Below are positions 48,827 through 59,267 of a stretch of 64,000 nucleotides of DNA, in pieces. The stretch is from an uncultured Bacilli bacterium. Its GTDB lineage: Bacteria; Bacillota_I; Bacilli_A; RF39; UBA660. Position 1 is the stretch's first letter, and the number at the start of each line of letters is the position of its first letter. The position numbers and the translations under genes are program-made. The DNA lies in assembly GCA_944332475.1 (NCBI GenBank), contig CALVKA010000003.1, forward strand, positions 163,257-227,256, read 5' to 3'. A model generated the notes under the pieces. The model saw nothing but the letters and a program-made list of their open reading frames with translations. It ran no database searches and had not been told where the DNA came from.

Positions 48827-49759
48827 CTTTTGAAATATAAATAGTTTACTAAATATATAATTTGCTATAATAACAATTACATTCATAATTACTTTGGATA
48901 CCATATTACTTAATGCAATTAGACTAATACATATATACATTCCAAGCATATCAATTCCTAAAGATAAAATTCTAAAGAAGAAAAAGGATAGTACTTCTTT
49001 GGTAATTGTCTTTTTATCTAATGATTTAGAATTAAATACATATAATTTATTCGTTACAAAGGCAAATAAAACTGATAAAAACCAGGCAATAAAATTATTG
49101 ATATATACATTCATTCCTGTTTTTTCTAAAAAATAGAAACTGATAATATTGACTAATGTTGTTAATACTCCAAAGAAACCATACCATAATATTTCTTTTA
49201 TTTTGTTATACCAAGAAACATGATTGTCTTCTTCTATTAAATTATCTATCAAATTCATCATATTTTCTGTGTTTGATTTAAATTTCTTGGGTTTAAATTT
49301 TTCGGCTTTTTTTAATGTCTTACCTACTTGATTAAAATCTTTTAGTTCTAATAAGTACCCTTCTTTTTCAAACTCTTTAATAATTTGTTTTTGATGGTCA
49401 TTTACGTGTTCTTTATATTTTTTTAGTCTTGCAGCTGCGATTACTTTTTTTCCTTTTTTTACTGCTGATAAAATAGAACCTGTTCCACCATGAGTGATTA
49501 CTAAGTCACATTTATCTACTAATTTGTTAAACTCTTTGGGACTAATCAAATCAAAAATTTCCATATTTTTTGATTCATATTTTGTGTTTCCTGCCTGTAC
49601 AATTACTTTTTCTTTTATTTCTCCTTTATCGATTGCTTTATCAATGGCCTTTAAAAGTCTTTCAAATGTTTTATCTTGTGTTCCTAATGTTACAAATATC
49701 ATTAATAAATCCATCCCCCATCTATTGCTTTTGGATATAATTTTTTCATAGAAGGCCAT
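48815..49759 (-). CDS. Alg13-like glycosyltransferase domain (PssE/Cps14G type) fused to a GtrA-like membrane domain
   Basis: LVITHGGTGSILSAVKKGKKVI (Glyco_tran_28_C-like), then 4 TM helices. Confidence 0.55.
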   Translation of the reverse strand: MAFYEKIISKSNRWGMDLLMIFVTLGTQDKTFERLLKAIDKAIDKGEIKEKVIVQAGNTKYESKNMEIFDLISPKEFNKLVDKCDLVITHGGTGSILSAVKKGKKVIAAARLKKYKEHVNDHQKQIIKEFEKEGYLLELKDFNQVGKTLKKAEKFKPKKFKSNTENMMNLIDNLIEEDNHVSWYNKIKEILWYGFFGVLTTLVNIISFYFLEKTGMNVYINNFIAWFLSVLFAFVTNKLYVFNSKSLDKKTITKEVLSFFFFRILSLGIDMLGMYICISLIALSNMVSKVIMNVIVIIANYIFSKLFIFQKKEG

Positions 49760-50175
49760 TGTACAATAAAGTGATCAGCAAAATGATATATTAATTTTCC
49801 TGTTGCTGTCTTGCTAGTGATATTAGCAAATGTTTCGATATAGATTATTTTACTGCCTAATATTTTACCGATACAACACATTGGACCTGCCGTATGAGTA
49901 CCTGTTGTAACAATGTAGTCTGGATGAAATTTAAGATAAAAGTATAGGCTTTTAAAAGAGTTATAAAGCAATTTAAATATATAAGTAAATTTGTGCAACT
50001 TGGTTCCATATACTAAGAAACCAATTCTATCTTTATATTCTTCTTTTAATTTTAAATTTGATTTGGTTTTTTCTGTAATAATATGATAATCATATTTTTT
50101 AAACATGGGTTTTAATTGCATAAGTTCGTCTAGGTGACCTCCAGTAGATGATATAAATAGGACACTTCTTTTCAT
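49702..50175 (-). CDS. Alg14-like glycosyltransferase partner (PssD/Cps14F type)
   Basis: VLFISSTGGHLDELMQL motif. Confidence 0.6.
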   Translation of the reverse strand: MKRSVLFISSTGGHLDELMQLKPMFKKYDYHIITEKTKSNLKLKEEYKDRIGFLVYGTKLHKFTYIFKLLYNSFKSLYFYLKFHPDYIVTTGTHTAGPMCCIGKILGSKIIYIETFANITSKTATGKLIYHFADHFIVQWPSMKKLYPKAIDGGWIY

Positions 50176-51389
50176 CTTTTTACCTTCTTTTCTAATAATT
50201 TATACCAATCTTCTTGTACCACTTCTTTGGTATATTGCTTAACGCTTTTTCTAGCTTCTTTCCCCATTTCTTTTCTCACATCATCTTTTCGCATCAAATC
50301 CTCAATTTTTTTCATCATTGCTGCTGCATTTCTATTTTTGATTAGATAACCGTTTTTTCCACTACTGATAATTTCTTTTGCACCTTCTGCGGATGAGAAT
50401 GCAACACAAGGAATACCATGTGACATTGCTTCTAATAGTACAATACCAAATGATTCGGTATAAGATGTCATAATATATAGCGATGATCGGTGGAGCATCT
50501 TATCAATGTATTCTTTTGATTGAAATCCGTGTAGTGTGATTTTTTCTTTTAAATCTCTCGTTTTTATATATTCTTCTAATTTATCTCTTTCTGGACCATC
50601 TCCAATAATGTCTAAATGCCAATTAGGATGTTTTTTTAGAAGTTGTTTAAACATTTTTAATAAGTCCATCTGACCTTTTTCTGCTGATAGTCTACCTACT
50701 GAGATTAATCTTTTTTCTTCTAATGGAGCAAGTCTTTTTGGTATCGTATCTAACATATTAGGAATGTAGACGCATTTACATGGGTATTTTCTAAGTTTTT
50801 TTGTATAGTAACGTTTTAAGTCTTTTGATACTAATACAAAATAATCTAAATTTTTACTACTCCTAACTACATCTACGGCATATTTTTCATTATTGTGATG
50901 ATGATTATGTTCCCATCCTATTTTTACAACATTTGGTTTTCCATAGACAGATAGCCATTCATTTAAAAAGGTTCTAGTAGAAATCATAATATCAGCATTG
51001 CTATTAATGATGGCTTTTTTCATTACCATAAATCGCTTTGGATACATAAATACACCAGTGACTGCATCTTTGAAGAATGTTAGGAATTTTAGCTTTGAAA
51101 AATAATCTTTGGTTAGCTTTTTTGCTAGTTTTATCAAATGTCCATGTCTAAGTAATACTTTATAACTAGATACTCTTACTGGAAGATCACTTTTTATTAA
51201 GTAAGTTACTTTTACTCTATCATCTATTTTAAAAGCTGGTTTGTCATATAGCTTATATATACAGATAATCTCTACTTGATATTTTTCACATAAAATATTG
51301 GCTAGGGCGACAATGGATTTTTCTACTCCCCCGTAACCTAAATGTAATGATAATATTGCTACTTTCTTCATGCCATCACCCATTCTCAT
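50172..51389 (-). CDS. GT4-family glycosyltransferase
   Basis: E-x7-E motif ESFGIVLLEAMSHGIPCVA. Confidence 0.75.
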   Translation of the reverse strand: MRMGDGMKKVAILSLHLGYGGVEKSIVALANILCEKYQVEIICIYKLYDKPAFKIDDRVKVTYLIKSDLPVRVSSYKVLLRHGHLIKLAKKLTKDYFSKLKFLTFFKDAVTGVFMYPKRFMVMKKAIINSNADIMISTRTFLNEWLSVYGKPNVVKIGWEHNHHHNNEKYAVDVVRSSKNLDYFVLVSKDLKRYYTKKLRKYPCKCVYIPNMLDTIPKRLAPLEEKRLISVGRLSAEKGQMDLLKMFKQLLKKHPNWHLDIIGDGPERDKLEEYIKTRDLKEKITLHGFQSKEYIDKMLHRSSLYIMTSYTESFGIVLLEAMSHGIPCVAFSSAEGAKEIISSGKNGYLIKNRNAAAMMKKIEDLMRKDDVRKEMGKEARKSVKQYTKEVVQEDWYKLLEKKVKR

Positions 51390-51444
51390 TATAACATCAA
51401 ATCCTTGAAAAAAAAAGAAAAGACCGTATTTCAGCCTTATATTT

Positions 51445-51957
51445 TCACATTTTTTTTAAATTTAGTAAAAAATTTAGTAAAGTTCCAAAGAATAAGATAA
51501 CGGCAGGTAGTAAAGTGACGGTAAAAAAGCCTTTTTGAGTTAGAATATATCCTAAGACTTTACCAGCAAATGGAATTGTTGATTGATAGGTTCCAAGGAT
51601 GCAACTACCATCGATATTTTCAATCGTTCCATCTTCTGTTTTTAATGAATATATGTTTTTATCATCCTTGTCTTTGGTGATGGCAGCGATGGCGTTGGTT
51701 CTTATTACACTTTCTCCTTCTTCTAAAGTGATATAAGAAACAATGTCTTTTTCTTTTACTTTGGTGTCTGTTGTGTCAATTACTACTAAATCTCCGACTA
51801 CTGTTTCTGGTTCTAATACATTACTTTCTACTTGTACTAAAGCTATAGACCCAAATTCTATAGTACCTGTATTGGTGATGTGATTTGATAAAATTACTAC
51901 TCCAATTGCTATTCCAATGATTATTACATAAATTGTTAATGCTATGTTTTTTAACAT
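51445..51957 (-). CDS. SipW-like (archaeal/ER-type signal peptidase fold) protein; catalytic Ser position not evident
   Basis: N-terminal TM then VQVESNVLEPETVVGDLVVID, which resembles SGSMEPT...GDLV but with Ser-Met replaced by Asn-Val; C-terminal TM. Confidence 0.35.
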   Translation of the reverse strand: MLKNIALTIYVIIIGIAIGVVILSNHITNTGTIEFGSIALVQVESNVLEPETVVGDLVVIDTTDTKVKEKDIVSYITLEEGESVIRTNAIAAITKDKDDKNIYSLKTEDGTIENIDGSCILGTYQSTIPFAGKVLGYILTQKGFFTVTLLPAVILFFGTLLNFLLNLKKM

Positions 51958-52000
51958 TTCTTCTAATAAAGAAAAAAAGCTTAAAGCTTTTTAGTTCCTC

Positions 52001-53083
52001 TTATTGTCCAGGATTTATAGGTTGTTCAGGAGCTTGTTGTTGTACTACGATAGTTGGTTCAGCGGTTGGAGTTTGAACAACATTTTGTTGGTTAGGACCT
52101 ACAAGATTAGAAATTGGAATAGATTGTGTATTTTCTAATGGATTTGCTCCTCCATATATTTGATGTTGTGGTTCTTGAATGTTAATTTCTGGAACAATTG
52201 GATTTGCTCCTCCATAAATAACTGGTCCTTGTTGTGCAGCTTGTTCTGCTACTGGGGCAACTGGTTCTGGTGCTGCTGTTGGTGTAACAGGAGCTACCTC
52301 AGGTGTTGCCATTGGATCTACCGTTGGTGCAACAGGAGCTACTTCTGGAGATGCCACTGCATCTACCGTTGGCATTACTGGAGCTTGTTCTACTGCTGGC
52401 ATTGCTGGTTCTGGTGCTACTGTTGGTGCAATAGGAGCTACTTCTGGAGATGCCACTGGGTCTACCGTTGGCATTGCTGGAGTTTGTTCTACTGCTGGAG
52501 TAACAGGTTCTGGTGCTACCGTTGGTGCAATAGGAGCTACTTCAGGAGATGCCATTGGTTCTACTGTTGGCATTACTGGAGCTTGTTCTACTGCTGGCAT
52601 TGCTGGTTCAACAGCAGGTGTTACTGATGTTGCTTCTGCTGGCATAACAGGAGCCACTTCTGCAGTTGGCATTCCTTGTACTGAAGGTTGTGCCAATGGG
52701 TCAACAGGTGAAACTGCTGGTGCAGGTGCTGAAGCATCCATTGTTGGCATTGCCATTGTATTTGCTACATTTGGGTCCATTGGTTGTTGTGGTGTAGCTT
52801 CCACTGGAGCTGGAATATCCATAATGCTTCCTGTTGATAATACAGGTGAATTCATTTCTGGGGCTGCTCCTGTTGGTGTTGCTGTTGGTGTAGCGACAGC
52901 TTCTGCTTGTGGTGTAGCAGTTGGTGCTGGTTGTGCAGCAGCTGCATCCGTATTTTCTGCTGGTGTGTCTTTCTTTTTCTTACGTGTTGCTATTAAAATA
53001 ATTAACGCTATTAATAATAATAATACTCCTGCTGATATTAATAAACCTGGTATTGATGTGAACCAGTCTAAACTAAAATCCAT
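52001..53083 (-). CDS. membrane-anchored Pro/Ala/Thr/Val-rich tandem-repeat protein
   Basis: N-terminal TM plus KKKK stop-transfer, then ~33-aa repeats (VAPIAPTVAPEPVTPAVEQTPAMPTVDPVASPE). Confidence 0.6.
   Translation of the reverse strand: MDFSLDWFTSIPGLLISAGVLLLLIALIILIATRKKKKDTPAENTDAAAAQPAPTATPQAEAVATPTATPTGAAPEMNSPVLSTGSIMDIPAPVEATPQQPMDPNVANTMAMPTMDASAPAPAVSPVDPLAQPSVQGMPTAEVAPVMPAEATSVTPAVEPAMPAVEQAPVMPTVEPMASPEVAPIAPTVAPEPVTPAVEQTPAMPTVDPVASPEVAPIAPTVAPEPAMPAVEQAPVMPTVDAVASPEVAPVAPTVDPMATPEVAPVTPTAAPEPVAPVAEQAAQQGPVIYGGANPIVPEINIQEPQHQIYGGANPLENTQSIPISNLVGPNQQNVVQTPTAEPTIVVQQQAPEQPINPGQ
52270..52640. repeat. ~99-bp intragenic tandem repeats (about 3.5 copies) inside the Pro/Ala-rich gene
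   Basis: Near-identical 99-nt units starting about 52308, 52407 and 52506, read directly. Confidence 0.8.
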
Positions 53084-53157
53084 ATTATATCGACTCCCTC
53101 TACTTTTTATTCTAATATTATGATATCAAAAAAAATTTGCAATTGCAAACATTTTAT

Positions 53158-53829
53158 CTATTGTACATACTTTGACACTGTAAATTCTGTCCAATTGTCA
53201 ATTTGTGGTGGGCTTGATTGAAAAATGAGTCTTTCTTTTGTTGTTGGATGTTCGAATTCTAAACGGTATGCATACAATGCAATTTGTGTTTTATCCTCTA
53301 CACCATATCGTTGATCACCACATAAGGAATGTTTGTGATATGCAAATTGTACTCTAATTTGGTGATGTCTTCCTGTCTTTAGTAAGATTTTTACTAATGT
53401 TTTCTTTTTTATTTTATTTCTTTCTAATACCTCGTATTCTAAGATGGCATCTTTCCCATCTTCACTGATTACACTATTACCATTAGGAAGACGTTTTATT
53501 TTATCGTGATAAGTTTCTTTATCTTCTTCTATTATACCATTTACTATTGCTAGATAATATTTTTTCATCTTATGTTCTTGAATTTGTTTGGATAATCTTG
53601 ATGCTGCTTTCGATGTCTTGGCAAATACCATAATCCCTCCAACCGGTCTATCTAGACGATGTATTAATCCTACATAGACGTTTCCTGGTTTATGATATTT
53701 TTCTTTTATATATTCTTTTACTAAAGTCAATAAATCTTCATCTTTGGTATTATCACTTTGACTTAACATATTTATTGGCTTTTCTACTACTAATAAGTGA
53801 TTATCTTCATAAAAAACTTTAATTTTCAT
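53158..53829 (-). CDS. RluA-family pseudouridine synthase
   Basis: HRLDRPVGG catalytic Asp motif. Confidence 0.8.
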   Translation of the reverse strand: MKIKVFYEDNHLLVVEKPINMLSQSDNTKDEDLLTLVKEYIKEKYHKPGNVYVGLIHRLDRPVGGIMVFAKTSKAASRLSKQIQEHKMKKYYLAIVNGIIEEDKETYHDKIKRLPNGNSVISEDGKDAILEYEVLERNKIKKKTLVKILLKTGRHHQIRVQFAYHKHSLCGDQRYGVEDKTQIALYAYRLEFEHPTTKERLIFQSSPPQIDNWTEFTVSKYVQ

Positions 53830-54697
53830 CTATCTTTTCCCATCTTCCATAAATACCACATGGAAGAACTAGATTGTTTTCTTTCTCTTTTAATCCAATT
53901 TCTCCACAGGTTATTTTTCCTTTTTTCTTTTTATCCACAGTAAGTGTTAATATGTTTTTTAACACCGTTGATGATAATCCTGTTGTGTAAGAGTTAATCA
54001 AGAAAAATAGGGGATCATCTGATAGTATTTCTGTACATAAAGATACTAAATAATTTAAACTTTTTTCAATATCCCATACTTCTTTGCCTGTTCCTCTTCC
54101 ATAACTTGGTGGGTCCATGATAATGGCGTCATACTGATTTCCTCGTCGTATTTCTCGCTTTACGAATTTAATGACATCATCTACTAAATAGCGGACCTCT
54201 GCTTTCTCATAGCCGCTTGATTTGACATTTTCTTTACACCAATCCACCATTCCTCTAGAGGCATCTACATGCGTGACTGAGGCTCCGGCTGAAAGACAAG
54301 CTACGGTTGCTCCTCCTGTATAAGCAAATAAGTTTAATACTTTGATTTTTCTCTTTTCCTTTTTTATTTTCTCTATCATAAGGTCCCAGTTTACTGCTTG
54401 TTCTGGAAATAATCCTGTGTGTTTAAATCCCATTTGCTTAATGTTAAATGTTAACCCTTTATACTTGACTTGCCAAGAAGAAGGCATTGGTTTTAGATTT
54501 TCCCAATTTCCTCCTCCTTTGTTACTACGATGATAAACAGCGTGTATTAAAGAATGATATTTTTCTAATAAGTCTCCTTGGCCCCAGATAACTTGGGGAT
54601 CTGGTCTTAATAAATAAATATCATTCCAACGCTCTAATTTTTGACCGTTAGAGGTTGCAATCAATTCATAATCCTTCCAGTCTTCTGCTACTTTCAT
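53819..54697 (-). CDS. class I SAM-dependent methyltransferase (RlmI/YccW-like rRNA MTase)
   Basis: VLNLFAYTGGATVA SAM-binding motif I; DPPSYG. Confidence 0.5.
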   Translation of the reverse strand: MKVAEDWKDYELIATSNGQKLERWNDIYLLRPDPQVIWGQGDLLEKYHSLIHAVYHRSNKGGGNWENLKPMPSSWQVKYKGLTFNIKQMGFKHTGLFPEQAVNWDLMIEKIKKEKRKIKVLNLFAYTGGATVACLSAGASVTHVDASRGMVDWCKENVKSSGYEKAEVRYLVDDVIKFVKREIRRGNQYDAIIMDPPSYGRGTGKEVWDIEKSLNYLVSLCTEILSDDPLFFLINSYTTGLSSTVLKNILTLTVDKKKKGKITCGEIGLKEKENNLVLPCGIYGRWEKIDEN

Positions 54698-54711
54698 ATT
54701 CTCACCTCTTG

Positions 54712-56556
54712 TTATAAAATCTCTATGTTTTTTTGATCTTGTCCTAATATTTTATCTAGTTTTTCTTTAATTTGATCTTTTGTAAATGGTTTTGATATAT
54801 AGTCGATAAACCCTTCTTGTTTATATTTTTCTTCTGATCCTGAGATAGCATCTGCTGTTACGGCAATTACTGGTATAGAAAATCCTTCTATTTTCTTTAA
54901 TTCTCTTAAAGCGTGTTCTCCACTCATTACTGGCATCATAATATCCATTAATATTATATCATATTGATTACCATTTTTAATTTTATCAATACATTCTAGC
55001 CCGTTATAACATTCATCCATCTCTATATTAAATCCATCTAGGGCTCTTCTTGCTACTTTTATATTTAATTTATTGTCATCCACTATTAATATTTTTTTAC
55101 CACTAAGATCTATACTTTTCTTAGTTAAAAGTTCTGAGGTATCTTCTTCTGATGGTCTTACTTTATGGTCTATTTTTTGTGGTAGTTGTACCATGAAGAT
55201 AGATCCTTCTTTATATCTACTTTCTACATTGATAGTTCCTCCCATCAATTCTACTAATCTTTTGGTAATGGCTAGTCCTAAACCTGTTCCTTCGGCTGTA
55301 GTGTTTCTTTCTACATCAAGTCGTTCAAATTTTGTAAACAACTTATTGATATCTTCTGCTTTGATTCCTCGTCCACTATCTCTTACACTGATGATTAGTA
55401 AACAGGTATCTTGTTTGTTGATGCATTTTACGTTTAATTCTACAAAACCTTTTTCGGTATATTTAATGGCGTTCGATAATAAGTTGTTTACTACTTGTTT
55501 GACGTGAGCTTTGTCTCCTATTAGATGATAGGGAATATCATCGGCGATATTGATTCTGTAATCGATTGGTTTATCTCCTATTCTAGTCTGTTCTACTCTG
55601 GCTAGGGTTTCGATTTCTTTTTTTAAGTTATAGGATACTTCTGTGATTTCTACTTTGTTACTTTCGATTTTATTGATATCCATAATATTTCCAACAATTT
55701 CTAACAGAGTTTTGGAAGCTGATACGATATCATCTAAATCTTCTTTCATACTGTCTGGGCAGTCTTTGTTTCCTCTTACATCTTCTGATAATCCTACAAT
55801 AGCATTTAGTGGTGTTCTTATTTCATGAGACATACTAGATAAAAAGTCACTTTTAGCACGGTTCGCACGTTCTGCTTGGTCTTTCGCAACATTTAATTCT
55901 GTAATCATTTTAGCATCTGGATTTTCTATTGTATAAAACATTACCAATAAAGCAAAAGATATGCAGTAGGTTTCTGTTGTTACTTCTGGATAATAGGCTC
56001 TTAATATTAATCCACCTATAAACATAACTAATAATACAAGAAACGGTATTATTTTTTTAATTCCTGCTTTTTGATGTATAAAGTAGTATATATTTAATAC
56101 AATCAATCCTATAAAATAAACAATTAATCCCATCATTAAAATTTTATAAGCTATTCCACCTACATCTAATATTTCTCCATCAATAATTGTGTTAATCGGG
56201 GTTATAAAAATTAAAATGACTAGGATTGTATTTATTATAATCAATGTTTTTTTTGCTTTTTCATATTTTTCTTCTGCAAATTTATTAATAATTAAATTAT
56301 AAATGACTAAGCAACAACCAATTGTTAAAAGTAGACTTAAATGAAATCTTTGTAATAGGGATACCATCCAAATTAAATTGGTCTTTTCTGCGAATATGTA
56401 GGCAATAGTTGCGTTGATACAAAATATTACATTCATGATTAACGTCCATTTATATAATTCTACTTCCCTTGTTTTTACATTATCTTTTGTAAAAAAGGCA
56501 ATGATTAAAAAAATACTAATGGTTACTGCTGCTAGTGGAAGCCAAATACCACTCAT
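54712..56556 (-). CDS. hybrid sensor histidine kinase/response regulator (5-6 TM sensor, HisKA, HATPase_c, REC)
   Basis: H-box [14 protein letters not shown]; G-boxes; C-terminal REC domain ILIVDDN...[10 protein letters not shown]. Confidence 0.8.
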   Translation of the reverse strand: MSGIWLPLAAVTISIFLIIAFFTKDNVKTREVELYKWTLIMNVIFCINATIAYIFAEKTNLIWMVSLLQRFHLSLLLTIGCCLVIYNLIINKFAEEKYEKAKKTLIIINTILVILIFITPINTIIDGEILDVGGIAYKILMMGLIVYFIGLIVLNIYYFIHQKAGIKKIIPFLVLLVMFIGGLILRAYYPEVTTETYCISFALLVMFYTIENPDAKMITELNVAKDQAERANRAKSDFLSSMSHEIRTPLNAIVGLSEDVRGNKDCPDSMKEDLDDIVSASKTLLEIVGNIMDINKIESNKVEITEVSYNLKKEIETLARVEQTRIGDKPIDYRINIADDIPYHLIGDKAHVKQVVNNLLSNAIKYTEKGFVELNVKCINKQDTCLLIISVRDSGRGIKAEDINKLFTKFERLDVERNTTAEGTGLGLAITKRLVELMGGTINVESRYKEGSIFMVQLPQKIDHKVRPSEEDTSELLTKKSIDLSGKKILIVDDNKLNIKVARRALDGFNIEMDECYNGLECIDKIKNGNQYDIILMDIMMPVMSGEHALRELKKIEGFSIPVIAVTADAISGSEEKYKQEGFIDYISKPFTKDQIKEKLDKILGQDQKNIEIL

Positions 56557-56576
56557 ACGACAATCACTCCTATTAT

Positions 56577-57578
56577 TTATAGGATATCATTTTGTCGTCT
56601 TTTTATCAATACCCTTCCCTGACGTTGTCTTTCTTGTCTTGTCATATTTTCAAATAGAAAAGCGTTGTTTTCATTTCTTTTTATATCTACTAAATGGGCA
56701 AATACTTCATCTGGTGATGTTACATGTCTATCTATAAATCTAGTTCTTTCGATTTCTTCTACTGTGTATCCATTGTCGGAATCTTTCATGATACTATTTA
56801 AGAATTCTTCACTAGCATTAGCGGATAATTCTCCTCTTTCTCCAAGTCCTTCTTTTTCTTCCATATGCTCCCAGATTTCCCATTTTAGAGTTGCTAAAGT
56901 ATCACGTAAGTTATCTGCTTCTTCCCTTTTGTTATCTAAAGACATGGTAGATGTGTCTATATTTTTTCCAACTTTTACATAATAACGGTTGTTTTGGTCT
57001 CTCTCTATTGCCATTGGAACAATATCTGCCTCACCACGAATTGCTCCTTCAATTACTCCTGTAAATAGTTTCATTACTACTTCATTTTCCGTAATATTCC
57101 AAGCTCCTTCTGGAAAAATAATTACATTGCTCCCTTGCTTTAATACTTTTACCATTGTTTCTAATGAAATATGACGATCCATTTTATCATCCGTATCTAC
57201 AAATATCATACCAATCATATTTAAGAAAATCATTTCAGGACTACGATATAATTCTCCTGGATCTCCCCAGACAAAATACGCATTTTCCTTGGCTGCTTGA
57301 ATTGCTGCTTCAATATCAAATCTTGCAACATGAGTAACAGCATAAACTCTTGGTCTTTCTCCTTTTGTACTTTCATCACTTAATACTTCGACAGAAAATC
57401 CTTCTAATATTTTTTCGATGTTTACAATTTGATGTACTAAGCCATGCAGTTTTTTTCTTAATTCAGTTCCTTTTATTGGCTCATTATTTTCATAAGCAAC
57501 CCTTCTTAATTCTCGGTAATAACTTTTTAATTCTTCCAAAGTCATCTTTCTTTTCTCTAACCAATTTTTCTTATCCAT
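56577..57578 (-). CDS. PlsC-family acyltransferase
   Basis: HxxxxD as HVARFD; FPEGAWN motif. Confidence 0.6.
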   Translation of the reverse strand: MDKKNWLEKRKMTLEELKSYYRELRRVAYENNEPIKGTELRKKLHGLVHQIVNIEKILEGFSVEVLSDESTKGERPRVYAVTHVARFDIEAAIQAAKENAYFVWGDPGELYRSPEMIFLNMIGMIFVDTDDKMDRHISLETMVKVLKQGSNVIIFPEGAWNITENEVVMKLFTGVIEGAIRGEADIVPMAIERDQNNRYYVKVGKNIDTSTMSLDNKREEADNLRDTLATLKWEIWEHMEEKEGLGERGELSANASEEFLNSIMKDSDNGYTVEEIERTRFIDRHVTSPDEVFAHLVDIKRNENNAFLFENMTRQERQRQGRVLIKRRQNDIL

Positions 57579-57662
57579 ACATATCCCCCTAATTTAGTTT
57601 TATATTTTATCATATTTTTCCTTGTTTTTCAAGGAAAGATAGTTTTTATATAAAAAAAGAAT

Positions 57663-58505
57663 TTACGAAGCTGGTGTAAATTCTTTTCCATATGTTGTGA
57701 TTAAAATACTTGGTCCATAGTATAGAATCTTTGGTTTTTCTTTGTAATATTTTGTTAGTGTTTCATCTTTTTTCATTTTATATTTGCAGGCTATGTCTAC
57801 ATATTCTGTACATTGTTCTTTATTTGTTATCGTCATTCTATAGATTTCATCTTCTGTTTTTAGATAGGTTGTTGTACTGTCTCCGGCATAGTTAAAATCT
57901 ATAATAGTGCCATATTCACTTTCTTCATATACTGGTGTCTTTTCTGTTAATGTATATGGAGAATTATAATCTTGTCTTGTTACTGTATATTGATATACCG
58001 TTCCATCATCTTCTAACACGTAATATATTCCAGCATTTGAGTCTACTGTCATAACTTTTTTTACTGTATCTTTGCCTAGTAAAATATTATATAGTTGATA
58101 ATTACTATCGTTTTGTGTCACTTCACTAAGTGGAGAAGAAGCCGTAGTACCTGGTGCATAATAGAACTTTCCGTCATCTCCTTTTAATATTGTTCCATCC
58201 ATATAGGCGATTATGTCAATAGAAAAAGAAATCCTTTTACAATTTTCTTCGTTGCTGTATGGTTGTGATAAAGATAGTTCATATAATTTTCCATCATCTG
58301 TAATAGCATAAGAGCCATCAGTATATAAAATATTGTCTGTTGGTGGTGTCTCCTCATTTGCTGGCATTAATGTAGAACAGACAAATTCATCAGATGATAA
58401 GCTGAAGCCAGCGTGTCTAATTTCTCTTGTTACTGTACCATCACACCCTGTTAATAATAATGTAGCAACTGCCATTCCTACTATTAGACCAATCTTCTTT
58501 TTCAT
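57663..58505 (-). CDS. lipoprotein (lipobox LLTGC)
   Basis: MKKKIGLIVGMAVATLLLTGCDG signal peptide with lipobox. Confidence 0.6.
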   Translation of the reverse strand: MKKKIGLIVGMAVATLLLTGCDGTVTREIRHAGFSLSSDEFVCSTLMPANEETPPTDNILYTDGSYAITDDGKLYELSLSQPYSNEENCKRISFSIDIIAYMDGTILKGDDGKFYYAPGTTASSPLSEVTQNDSNYQLYNILLGKDTVKKVMTVDSNAGIYYVLEDDGTVYQYTVTRQDYNSPYTLTEKTPVYEESEYGTIIDFNYAGDSTTTYLKTEDEIYRMTITNKEQCTEYVDIACKYKMKKDETLTKYYKEKPKILYYGPSILITTYGKEFTPAS

Positions 58506-58637
58506 ATTCTCACATCCTTATTATGAATATATCATAGTTTCATTTCCTTCGTAAACATTTTTGACATTACTTTTTTAGTTTGACACTTTGCGAATATTAT
58601 TATTTGTGATAAAATCTAACTATAAGGTAGGTGTCTT

Positions 58638-59243
58638 ATGAAAACGTCTAATAAGAAAAAAGATTTACGGTTTGTTATATTTTTTGTCGTTATTGTTTGT
58701 TGTTGCCTTGTTTATTTATTCCAGTCTTCTTATGCTAGATATCGAAGAGGAATTTCAGGTAGTATTTCTAGCGAAGTTGCCAGTTGGAATATCAAAGTAA
58801 ATGGTGAAGATATTGCGAATAAGAAAACACTAACGAATACTATTGAGCCTACATTTTTAGAAAGTGAAAATAGTCGTGGTGGAGTCATAGCTCCAGGGGT
58901 GGAAGGCTACTATACTATTACGATTGATGCAAGTGATGTTGACGTTCCGTTTGAATGTACTATTCGTTCGGAGGTATCTCCTGATTCTAGTGTTAGTGAT
59001 TTAAAAACTTTGTCTTATGAAATCAATCCAACGGATACAGAAAATCGTCTTACTTATTCAGAAGATACGGGAATTGTTCAAGAAATTCCTAGAAATACAC
59101 AAGAATATGTTTTTCGTATCTATCTTGTTTGGGACGATGATACTGGAAATATGGATAATCAAGCTGATACAGAGGTTGGAATTGATGATAATAGTAAAGC
59201 ATTGATGCAAGTTAGTTTACATTTTACTCAATTAAATGAATAA
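58638..59243 (+). CDS. hypothetical exported protein, possibly camelysin/TasA-like
   Basis: N-terminal signal anchor; beta-rich acidic mature region; convergent with the sipW-tasA-like pair. Confidence 0.35.
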   Translation: MKTSNKKKDLRFVIFFVVIVCCCLVYLFQSSYARYRRGISGSISSEVASWNIKVNGEDIANKKTLTNTIEPTFLESENSRGGVIAPGVEGYYTITIDASDVDVPFECTIRSEVSPDSSVSDLKTLSYEINPTDTENRLTYSEDTGIVQEIPRNTQEYVFRIYLVWDDDTGNMDNQADTEVGIDDNSKALMQVSLHFTQLNE

Positions 59244-59267
59244 AGAAGGATAAAATTTATCCTTCTT

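Noticed and set aside
52160-53123. Plus-strand ORFs 52160..52627 (Trp/Cys-rich) and 52824..53123
   Set aside because: They are antisense read-through of the GC-rich Pro/Ala repeat array on the minus strand. The repetitive W/C/R composition is a mirror artefact, not a gene.
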